In this document: positions 1 to 13,649 of the stretch, piece by piece
Layout of the letters: each line of letters begins with the position of its first letter
Numbering within the stretch: position 1 is the first letter of the stretch
NCBI GenBank assembly: GCA_013115125.1
Contig: JABANN010000109.1
Coordinates: 50,498-70,497, forward strand
Source of the DNA: Perkinsus olseni
Taxonomy: Eukaryota
Direction: 5' to 3'
Length of the DNA stretch: 20,000 bases
Translations under genes and position numbers: made by a program
Notes under the pieces: model-generated
What the model saw: only the letters and a program-made list of their open reading frames with translations
Told to the model about the DNA's origin: nothing
Databases searched by the model: none

Positions 1-676
1 CTCCAGCGGACTGTGGTACATCTCACTAATACAATCTACGTACCTGAAGGGGGAGCGATGAAGGTGATAGACACTTGCTACGTGACTTCCACCCATACTT
101 CTCCAAAAGGTGCTTCAACTCGGTGCTACTGGACAGTGCAAATTTAGGATCAGCGATCTCTACTGTGCGCTGTGATAATCTTATAGGTAGTTCAAGTCGA
201 AGGAACCTGAGAATCCGTCAAATAAGACCCCGAAGGAACGACGTGAGCAGTGATGAAGTGGCTTGCCTTGCGAGCCCAATTAGGCTGTGCTCACTGGACG
301 CGGAACCCTGATGTTTGGAACCGGGCTGTTCTGGTCCGCCGAGGCTTGTTGTCGAGACGAACTCTCTCGTTTTGTGCAGGTCTCGCAAAGGGACGGCTGT
401 GGCAGGTAAGACCGATAGGCGTTGAACCTGGACGGAGTAGATATCGCTCAGGAGCGCAAGCCGAACGCCAAGAAACTTGCAAACTTGACGCGCGAGCTCG
501 ACGTTCTCCCGAGATTATCCACGAAAAGGTCGTGACGGTCATGCGTGTGCCGGATTGCGAGTGATGCAGTTCTTAAGCAACGGAACGAGAGCGGGTGAGG
601 CCAGTGTGCGACGTGATCTGATAACGGCGGCTGACCAATTGAAGCACCGTGCCAGTATCTGCCTGTTGGCTTGCAT
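1..676 (-). CDS. Mitochondrial alpha-ketoacid dehydrogenase kinase (PDK/BCKDK family), 5' part, multi-exon; continues beyond the left edge of the window
   Basis: Spliced minus-strand exons give ENVELARQ|VQRLSVLPATAVPLRDLHK...GSASSEHSLIGLAR|FLRLELPIRLSQRTVEIADPKFALSSSTELKHLLEK|YVDCISEMYHSPLE. This matches the N-terminal PDK/BCKDK pattern (..P.PLSL..L..FG / FLRxELPVRLA / WY.xSF.E). A candidate Arg-rich presequence MQANRQILARCF starts at 676; the start is uncertain. Confidence 0.72.
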
Positions 677-1117
677 CCCAGCTCTTGCAGTAATTTGGCA
701 TAGCGGCCTCCAGCTCGCGTGTGTCATAGCGGCCTCATTTCTGCATGCTGCATCTATTGCGTTGCAGATCATATTAGTACTCGCCATACCCCCAGTCCAC
801 CTTCCCTTAGTACTACCAAATTCCAGCCGGTCCGTAAGCTCATTCCTCCGACGATCAATGACGGTGAAAAACAACTACCGAATAATAACAATACTCGAAC
901 GAAGCACACATCCTATTCTACTCCACCGCCCTTCCTGATGATGAGCGGCTGAACCCCTGATAGGATACCAATAGGCCGAGCCCGAGAACGAAACAACGAC
1001 CAAAGGGTACCATGAAACCAGAAATAACATTTTGGGCGTATGCGGCACTACAACAAATCTGGGAGTCAACTTAAACCACGATGACAATACCCGCACGGAC
1101 ACACATCTTGAAAAGAC

Positions 1118-4552
<3,435 letters not shown>

Positions 4553-4706
4553 GATGTCAGGGGAAAAGGAGCGAACAACAACGCTGACAAGAAATGGAGA
4601 GCATCCCCCATCCGAGCTCAAGTCGCTGTAATGTTTAAAAAGAACCACAAACAAGCATGTTAACATGGTGCAAGCATATGTAAGTCCGCCAAGCATCTTC
4701 TTGAAC

Positions 4707-6678
4707 CTACACCAAGCCGCCCCCCTCCGACGCCCACAGCTGCACGAGACCGTCGCTGGAGACGCTCCACATCAAGTGACTGGCGGGGTCCATTTTGAGA
4801 CAAGTCTGCACACCTGCAGGCGGCCAACATCACCGGGGCGAGTTGATCGTCATGACTCACCCCCAGCTGATCCATCAGAAATTAAACGTCGGTGTAACTG
4901 AGCGACGAATCGGACGGAGATAGGTCTCCTAAGCGCGTACTGGGCGGAGTGTCCGGCCGCAGCTCCAGCTACATGCCACTGAGCCAGCACCAACACTGAT
5001 GAGCGGCCCGTTGTCGAAAGGGCCGTAGTTGAGGGACAGGACACGGTCCGCCGTTGGCGCCATCGACGTCGTCCTGCTTGAGGGATGGGGAACTCTCAGC
5101 ACGCATGCACAGACGCCAAGATTTGAAGCACCTCCCGGGAGGGTACGCAGACTCACTTTATCTCGCCGTCTTCGATGCTCATTTGAATGACTGCTGCCTT
5201 CACTGCATCGCCTTCGAAAACCCTTAGCAGCCCCGATGCATCACCAGCGGCGAAGAGTGGCCCAGCGGGAGCCCTCGACGAGGACTACTGCACAACACAC
5301 CCAATCTTGAGCTCTCGCGTACCGGCGGCACTCACTCGACCACGACCACTGTCACGCCAACGGCAGGACGGCTTCAACAGACAGGTCACACGGGTGATGC
5401 CTAGGAGCTCTTCGTGTGGAGCTACTCGAGCCACTACTTCCATTAAGCCCAAGTGTAGTATCTAAGGTTGACCTGGAAGACAGACGATCGGACACGGGCT
5501 CCGAGCTATGATAGAGGAGGTTGGATGCTCAGCATCATCGATCTTGCTGTACGCAGTGTCATCATACGCCACGTAGACGAACTCCTCATCAGCCGTTAAG
5601 GCAGACACGCTGGCCGGTGCTGATCATGCAGGGTGGCATCTCAAAGCCTGATCACTACTCACCACTGAAGCAACCATCCAGTAGGCAGTCTCGTGACTTG
5701 TTCCAAGACTTCAACTCGCTGCCTTCGGCCGCAATAATATGACTCCTGGTGACCACCTAGGCGGGAATCTAACCAGGTAGGTCATACTGTCGTGAACTGA
5801 CCATCAGGCCCGCAGGTCCATCCGCCGTAGTCTCCGTCAGCATAAGCTCCTTCACGGTCGTCGATTCCTGAACGTTCAAGCACGGACCGTGCTGCACGGT
5901 CCACAAAGGAGATGGGTCGGCCGCGACCATGCCTCACTGGCGACGTATAGTCCAGTATTCGGATCTGTGGCGACATCGACTGGTCAGTAGCTTCAACGCC
6001 AACATAACAGCAAATGTAACTTGCATGAGGCTGGCCGAAGAACGAGATGCTGTGGAGCTGCATCGATGACGAGTTCGTCCTGAGAAGCAGAAGATCGAGT
6101 GAGACTCGCTGAAAACAACAAGAGCTACCCAATCATCAGCTCATTTAAGGGCTCGACATCCAGAGAGGGTACTTCACCACACGACGAAGTTGGTGGTGTG
6201 GAGAGCCGGTACCTGCAACGAACGAACTATGAAGGGTGGGAGAGGCTGGTCGACCTACATCCGGATCATGGACCCGCTACCACATGCGAGGGTGTATGAC
6301 ACCTGAGGTCAGTCAATGCCCACGACGAGCCGCGATACCAAGTAGGAACTCACCGCCGATCGTGCACTGCTTGACCCCTCTGATCGCTCAACGTCAAGGG
6401 CGACCCTGATCAGCACGAGTAAAACCGCACCAGTCGATCGCCTCTAACAAGGTTGGATCCACCCTGTCCATATCCAGTTTGTGAGTGGCAACCACGTGCA
6501 GAGGCCAGCCGCCTGTCACCGATGCCCCGACCATCGGGGTATCGTCTTTGGATCTTCGGACGCAGCAGGACAAGTGAGAAGGAGGACGCGAGTCTGATGA
6601 ACAGCAGCCGTAGTCGCCTGCGTGACTGACAAGCCCACCTGCCGTAGACGGCGTTGACGATGATGTAGCAATGCCCAT
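4707..6678 (-). CDS. WD40/beta-propeller-like protein, multi-exon, possible N-myristoylation
   Basis: Spliced exons give WD-like blades: LACGSGSMIRM|YRL, IIAAEGSELKSWN, SVSALTADEEFVYVA, LFAAGDASGLLRVFE, RVLSLNYGPFDNGPLISVG and LMWSVSSDGLVQLWAS...GLV*. The proposed start is MGIATSSS (ATG at 6678). Confidence 0.6.
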
Positions 6679-7071
6679 CGTGAATGGAAGATGACACGAA
6701 ATAAAGTCGATCGACAGCTCCGTAGTGATCACTTTTAGGGCGCGCGCGATTCACTTTGCGCGTGCGTACAACGCGCTGCTGATGTCGAAGCGTGTCTCTT
6801 GCAAGGATGTCCGTGAGAGCCTCGAGCAAGCAAGTTGGCCTGGGCCGCAGCTGGAACGCGTCACTGGATCACAACGACCCGAGTGATTGAGGTGAAGCGG
6901 GGTCGAGGCTCGTATTAGAGGTCGGAAGCACGTCCACTTCCGGTCAAGCAGCCAGTCGGGAAAAAATTGCCACAGGTAAGATGGACCCGTGAGGAGGAAC
7001 TCAAGTGCAAAACAGATTAAACATAAAGAAAAGTCAACAATAGGAATGATAGTCCCGCCGGGACAATCAGC

Positions 7072-9094
7072 TCATGCGTGACGGAGCTTCTGCAACGCTG
7101 CTGTGAAATCGGGGCCTTCGATCACTCCGTACCTGAGGACATCCCTCTGGGAATCCAACACCGATCAGTGAGCCCTGTGACGAATCTGCCAGTGGATGGT
7201 TCACCCAGGAGGCGATGCAACGAGATGACGGTCTTCTGGCACCCGCAAGAAGGCCTACACGAGCGTCTTCAGAACGGTCAATCATTCGCTCGCACAATTT
7301 CAAAATTGAGACTCTTAGCGCTATGAATGGGTGATGACCTTATTCTTATTCTGAAGGAGCACAGGAGAAGCACCCTAGTGCGAACGACCCGCTGATTCTA
7401 TCACGGAATGAAATGCGGCAGAAAGGACTTGACGCCCAGGGACGCCTCACTCAGTGATAAAGGCCGAGATCAGCTCGGCCGGCGTCACGTCGAACGCAGG
7501 GTTGCAAACCTCGGTGCCTGCCGGGCATATCAGTTTGCCATTAACCTGACCATTCACGGCTTCCAGGCAGCAGCCACGCAATCAGGAGGAGCTACAGTGG
7601 TGACTTCGGAACCGTCGCGCTCCTCAATAATGATGTCCGCACCCGTCTTGCATGCCAAGTCCAGCGTGGAGGTGGGCATACAACAATAGACAGGCACTCG
7701 ATGGTACCTGCCCGACCGCGACCCTTCCATCGGTCGCCCCTTCGACAGACAGGCCTACCGTGCAACGATGGCCAGATTGTAAGTGCCAATCTTGTTGGCT
7801 ACATCACCATTAGCAGCCACGCGGTCACAGCCGAACACCACCGCATCCACGGACTTCGATTTCATTATCTGAAGATGGACGATACGCAAGGGCCTCGCGT
7901 TTGGCGTGTTGATGGCACATGCCCTGACATGCCGTCCGTGATGAGCCTATGAGGCACGCCTTGCTGTTGCAGCTCGAAACAAGTGAGGGATGCTCCCTGC
8001 ATGCGCGGCCTCGTCTCGTCAACGTAAACCTGCCATGACGATGGTAAGCTGGGAGGCTCGTCGAAGACGGCCGTTACACGAATGTTTCCTTTTCCTACTT
8101 CCTCTGCCAGACTGTAGCAAACACCCAGAGCTGTGCCGTGGCCGCAGGTAGCTAGGAAGCCTGAAGCACTCGCATTGGACACTCCCTATGTTCACGTGCT
8201 CGACAGAGTGCCCCCTCACCAGTGTTGCAATGATGGATGAGCCTGATCGGCCTCTCATCACCACACCTGCTGAGTATATGCGCAGCGCCATAAGCCCCCA
8301 ACCTGACCCAACATGGAGAACAGACGTTAACATGTACCCGCCCATTGCGGTTAGTTTCGGGACGTTGAGTTGAACCCTAGGGCCCGCGATCGAGGCAACG
8401 AGCAGCTTCAAAGCTCCTATACGACAAGTGCAGGAGCTGCCCACTTTCGATTGGCTATGATGTCCTCCTTGTGTATCATCTCAGCCGCCTCAACAACGCC
8501 CCTGACGTCAACTCCACCGTCGCGGAGGCCTGCCTTGAGCGCCACTCCTGTTGCCCAGCTCAGATTGACAGCAGTAGGGCGAGCACTGCAGATGAGGCCT
8601 TGCCCTAGGAAGCTGCCTAGTGTCGACACTCCTGACCTGTCGATATATGCTTTCGCATCGAGCAGAGCGTCATGCTCCACCTTCCCGAGGTCTTGCTGCA
8701 GCCTTAGGGCCTCCAGAGCGAGGGCGAAGGCTCCAGCGGATCCTATCGCCGGGGCGCCGCGCACCTACATGGACTGCCTGCCATTATTAATCTTTCGTTC
8801 TCAATTTCATGTGGGGATTGCGTTCGAGGTCGATCACGCCCGCAAACGGACGGAGGCTTTCCGCACACACCTTCATTGTCTTTATGACGTCGAAAACGTC
8901 TTCCTTGCTCGTACACTCAACATACGCTATTTGGTGCGGCAGCATTGATTGATCGAGTACCCGAAGAATGGACCGCCTGTCTGACAGTGGAACACCATTA
9001 ATGCCGTACCACAGCCGGCGGAACCCTTAGTGCTGAGAGACGTGGCGACTGTAACATGCACAGCACGATGTATAAGGCAAGCTCCTTTCGTCAT
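7072..9094 (-). CDS. mtnA: Methylthioribose-1-phosphate isomerase (methionine salvage; eIF2B-alpha-like family), multi-exon
   Basis: Exons give [94 protein letters not shown] and [37 protein letters not shown]. Catalytic Cys and Asp motifs are present. The start codon is uncertain (9094 or 9113). Confidence 0.95.
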
Positions 9095-9126
9095 AAGAGG
9101 GTCTAGTCAGCATTTCAAGCTCGTCG

Positions 9127-9245
9127 TAAGGGATGTTTTACTCTGGTGTGGGCGACTTCGAGGGCGTTTTCATCGCCAAGCATTCACCTCGGTCGGACGT
9201 CGGAAACGCCCTCAAGACACCTCACACCGGTGTAAAACACCCTTA
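9127..9245. repeat. Imperfect ~43 bp inverted repeat (palindrome/hairpin) at the divergent strand switch
   Basis: The left arm reads TAAGGGATGTTTTACTCTGGTGTGGGCGACTTCGAGGGCGTTT (9127-9169). The reverse complement of 9204-9245 reads TAAGGGTGTTTTACACCGGTGTGAGGTGTCTTGAGGGCGTTT. Confidence 0.85.
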
Positions 9246-9312
9246 ATAGGGAGTAACAGCTCCTCGCGGGACCGGATGGCTCGGCGAGTACTTACCTCCT
9301 CCACTCGACGGG

Positions 9313-10272
9313 ATGAACTGGAGGCTAGAGACGCCTGACGCCATTAAAGATGGCGTGAAAAAACTGCTGAACCTTTCGATGCTCGTCGAAGACTGCACGA
9401 GGGCGTGCTTTGATCCAGTTTCCGGAAAAAATTCCATCGTGTGAAATCGCCGATAGCAGCGTAGAATCGGACGGAGTAGAATCGCGCACAATGTATGATC
9501 AGATCAGTTCCGGCGGACGATTCGTTAATTGGTCCCGGTAGCCACGAGTGAGCGATCTCCGGGAAGTCCTGGCAGAATCGACTGTCACCAGAGACGACGT
9601 TGCAAACTCCGGCTTCACTGAAGTTGCCGCAATGTTCGAGTATCGTCAGAGTTGCATGGGTTGGCCTTAAGGAACCGCCGAATCGGTACGTAAAATTTAG
9701 GGCCGAGAGGTGCAAGAATCGACGGGAATTTCTGCGCCTTGCTCGTGGCCGGCATGTGAACGGATGGTACCATCGTACCATCGTGCTCGGAGTGGTCTTA
9801 ATTGCATCGGTGTCCGATTGAAGGGAAAACCAATTGTTTACAGTACTCATCACGATCGAAGCTGACACTGAGGCGAACGCTGTTCCGGGTACTCGTGAGA
9901 GAAGATTCACCGTGCTTTGATTGGAAACGAGATTAAACACGTACAATATGGTAGATTACACGGGTCGCAAGTGGCATGCTCACCAGCCCGGAGCATCCAA
10001 TCGAACAGTATGTTGAAGACATCCCCGTGAAGTCGCGCCCTCGCCCTCCGAACGCAGTCAGCTATCGATCATGGATTTCTGATACGTGCGCGATCATCCC
10101 AATTACGTGGCGCGTCAACCGCTCGAAATTTCCATTTCCAGCCTGACCTGCCTTCGTCGCATGCTTCAGTTGCAACCAATACTCCAAAGCCGCTTTCTCG
10201 ACTATGTACTTATCTTCTGTGGGGGATGGATTCTACCAGACGTGTCGCTCGTTAAAACTCATTTCGCCTTGA
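9313..10272 (+). CDS. Hypothetical multi-exon protein
   Basis: Open blocks are bounded by plausible AG/GT sites: MNWRLETPDAIKDGVKKLLNLSMLVEDCTRACFDP..., PEHPIEQYVEDIPVKSRPRPPNAVSYRSWISDT|LTCLRRMLQLQPILQSRFLDY. The middle exon frames are ambiguous and no family was recognised. Confidence 0.35.
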
Positions 10273-10365
10273 GCCAGGAATTCTCAGTGGGGTAAAGAAG
10301 TCCTCCTCCCCCTCTGGCGATTATCGATCGTAGTTGCCAACCCTTTTTAAATTCTGTCTTGCAAC

Positions 10366-13223
10366 ATGAGCCGCGATTCTGACGAGCAGCAGGCGTCGGG
10401 CTCTCGAGCTGTGGACCATGGTAGGCCACTGTTGCTACAACAATGCCGCGGTCGCCTTTATCCTTCTCGAATAGCTGTCTTCGGTCCATCTTAAGCCGTG
10501 CGGTCGCACTTGTGGCCCAGAGCATCTCCTTTAAGGGAAGTGAAGAGCACGATAGAATTGCAGAGTTTAACTGAGCATGGTACGCTTGGATCTTGCGCTG
10601 AGCGCTTCTTTCTCAGGCTCCGGGACTTCTGAGACCCCCGAGGACCGTAAAGCGAGGTTGATGGCGGCCAAAATGTATGACGGCTATGGCGACCGTTGCC
10701 GCTGATGGTAGCAGGCCCTTCTCAGTTCGATTTTTCTCAGGCCGGAGCAACGCTCTTATGACTATCTCTCTGACGAGGACAGCCTTTGCTCGGATTATGA
10801 AGAAGGTAGCGGCGAGTGAGCTGCCTCGTCGTTGTCGATGTGCGGTCGTCTTAGTGTCGTCGGATGCATCTTCAGCAGCGCACTACGCCTCGGTCTCGAA
10901 CGATGGCGGGCCTCGAGGCATCAAGCGGGTATGGATTACGTTTTTGTGTTGATGCCGTGACCATTGAGCGTCTCAGGTTCGTCGGACGAGCTCACCACGA
11001 GCGAGCCTTCAGAAGAGATGTTCCTCGGATATTAAAAAGCGGAAGATCTCTTGTTCTACCAGCTCTAGCGACAGTGAGTCTGAGCTTTTATGATAAGCCT
11101 AACTATTCACGGCCGCGGTTTCTGATGCAAGAAAGCATTTCGTGGGTCTCTCCATCGTACCTTGAAAGCTCCTATGAGCATTCGTCGGCGGGGATGTTGC
11201 CTTGACGAGAACTCGGGTCGTGTCCCATCGGGTGGCGGCTACAGCCTCCCCGCAACCTCCTACCATTGTCTTGTTAGACTGTCACACGCTGGCAGAAGCG
11301 CACGAGGAAGGTCGGTCGCCTAGGGCCGCAAGTGGTCTCACCGAGGAGCTTTGTGGCCCAGCCTTCGATGACTACTGCAAGTGCGACGACCCGCAGGATC
11401 CGGTGTCGTTGGTAAGCTTCGTGGGGCATTCTCGGCGACGTGTAGGCTGTCCGGTATTCGCGACAAGCTCGGAATCCCGAGTGATCAGCGACCGTGCCAG
11501 TTGATGGTGGTTTGCTTCAGCAACGGATTTGGGTCGAAGGCCAAGACGGCGGTCGGAAAGCTAGCGACGAGATAGAGTTTCTGTTTTCGTATTATGAAGA
11601 TGACAAGTTCATTAGAGGTGAGTCGCCGCTTTGGGTGTGTGCATGCGTGCATACTCACTGTGCAGGATTCTCCATCACAACATTGCAGTACATGCTCCGG
11701 CAGCCTCGTCCGATTCAGCATCCCGTCAGTCGAAAGGTCATACCCGATTCTGTTCTGGAGCGGGCGGAGCAAATGGTCAAGGTAGCGAGCTTCGCCGGCC
11801 GCATGGGTGAGGTGTCTTTATCTTGCAGCATCTAGAGTCAACCGGTGCAATTGACCCGGTCACTGTGAGAGACCTAGCATCCGTACCGCTCAAGGACCTG
11901 ACAAGGCGGGACGTGCAGCAGCTCAGCTTGGAGGTACTTGGGGGGTTCACTCTGTGCTAATGTATGCAGCCTCGACTGGTGATTGCTGAGTGCTTCAGGT
12001 GTGGCAGTTGATGGCTCGGCAGTCGGTCTACGTCGAGGAGGACACTCTGGTCGATATGGACCGGGCACAACTTTGTAATACGGACTTTAGCTCCCCTCTT
12101 CTCAGCAGTTTCTCGGCTCAGTAATGCTCAACTCCGAGCTTCGGTCGATGTTCACCGAGAACTTCACTGTGGAGCAGCGGCGGCTGTTCTATCCCCCGGA
12201 TGGCACCCCGTTTATGAAGATCCACGAGGCGATTATCGGAGGCAGCGAGGTGGGCTCCTCGAACTCGGCAGCTGCCTGGCGCCAGCAGTGATGCTGGTTA
12301 GGACATACCTCCCAGCTCTCGGTCGTTGGGTGCTGTGCAGGGCATTCTGAGGGACTTGCGGACAGTAGGTTCACGTTCATCGTTCCGTCATGGGCGGCCT
12401 GGGTAGACGAAATACTTTAGGCCCGTCCTGAGAGGCCTGTCCTGTGATAAATGTGTTTGGGATCTCCTCGATGCCGTGATGGGAGTTCTCGCCGGAGTGT
12501 GGAAACTAGGGTTCGCGCGGAGTGTGTCGCAGAGCTCTGAAATGATCTGGGTTGTATGGTAGTAGTGGGTGATTGCCTCAGATACTCACCAACGCCCCTG
12601 AAAATATGAAGTTCATGGTCTCGTATGTCATAGTGGGGGCGCTGGCAGTAGTCAGTAGCCCCATCAGGGCCAGGTGAGTTCTTCGGAATGGGCCGCAGCT
12701 CCGCTCCGGCCATACCCCTTATCAAGGGAAATGTTATAGCTTTGTTGGCGACGGACGAAGTAGATACGCTGAGGGATGGGAATCATTCGTTGTAGACCCC
12801 GACTGGGGAAGTTGCCGGTGTAGTCGCAAACACTCATGCAACGTCAGGAGTGCACCACACTTGGTGTGAGGCGGTACGCCTAGGTGCTGACGGTCTTTTG
12901 AGTGCTGAGGGCTTCGGCACAATCGACTGCGGACCGTATTGTACACACGATGTCGTCGTATGACGGCTCGCTGTGAGTTTTAGCGCTTGATGAGGTTGCA
13001 TGGAGCGCATGTGGCGTGCGGGTGGATGAAAAGCTGCTACGAAGTATCAATGGCGGGAAGGATCGGGTTTAGGTACATGACTGGACTCAGTCATTCTTTC
13101 GAAATCCCACCAACGGGTATACATGGTGACGATGGGTACTCGTCTGACGGGGATGATGGCGAGTTCGGCCATGGCGTTGAAGAGGATGATTCTGACGGAG
13201 AGGACTTGGGTGACGAATTCTGA
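10366..13223 (+). CDS. Multi-exon protein: low-complexity Ser/acidic/basic N-terminus, a degenerate U-box/RING-like plus helical domain resembling an NCLDV conserved hypothetical family, and an acidic tail
   Basis: Mostly phase-consistent splicing runs from MSRDSDEQQ through CDDPQDPVSL|QRIWVEG..FLFSYYEDDKFIRG|FSITTLQYML..QHPVSRKVIPDSVLERA..LSLE|VWQLMARQSVYVEEDTL..LNSELRSMFTENFTVEQRRLFYPPDGTPF..KFMVSYVIVGALAVVSSPIRAR|YMTGLSHSF to EDLGDEF*. The junction near 11093-11130 is unresolved. Confidence 0.75.
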
Positions 13224-13649
13224 CAAGTCGTCATACCAACTTTTTTGAAGATTTCGGCGGCTTCGCTGACCTACTACTTTTGTTAATATTTCCGTTCTGT
13301 CACAATTCTTGCCAGCTCGATCTGGCACCAGCAGCAGCCGCCCGTATCTCCTAGAAGAATCAAGAAAGAGGATTGCCGGGGCGGCGGCGGCGAGTGGAAA
13401 ACACTATCGAATGCTATAGTCGTAGCTGTAGGTGTTGCATATTTATCATCATACTACTACTAACATGACGTCCCGCTTACTTGCACGGTTAGTCATCGTC
13501 GTCTGTACCACTACCAGTATTATGATCAGTCAGTGAAGTTCTTGTCGAATTTATTCGAGGCCTCCCTGAAGAGTTGCGCTTTAATGAGCACGAGCGTTGG
13601 CAGCCGAGGCTAAGGCCACTCGGAGGTGCCTTTTCTTTGCTTTTTAGCG

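Noticed and set aside
7133-7400. TPP or SAM riboswitch in the mtnA intron (GGGTGC and CTGATC...AGGGA fragments on the minus strand)
   Set aside because: The TPP core GCTGAGA and the TAAT..GCG spacing are absent, and no SAM-I consensus is present.
8370-8948. 192 aa plus-strand ORF, and similar plus-strand ORFs across 1400-4100
   Set aside because: They are antisense to well-supported mtnA and glcB exons.
9700-9890. C2H2 zinc finger in the hypothetical gene (PCSWPACERM|YSSRSKLTLR)
   Set aside because: The Cys/aromatic/Leu spacing fits but both His ligands are missing, and the exon frame is ambiguous.
9344-9946. 200 aa minus-strand ORF
   Set aside because: Non-ATG start and no recognisable motif; splice signals favour a plus-strand gene here.
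13380-13520. Short GCG, ATC and ACT trinucleotide runs
   Set aside because: Only 3-4 units each; ordinary UTR/intergenic low complexity.
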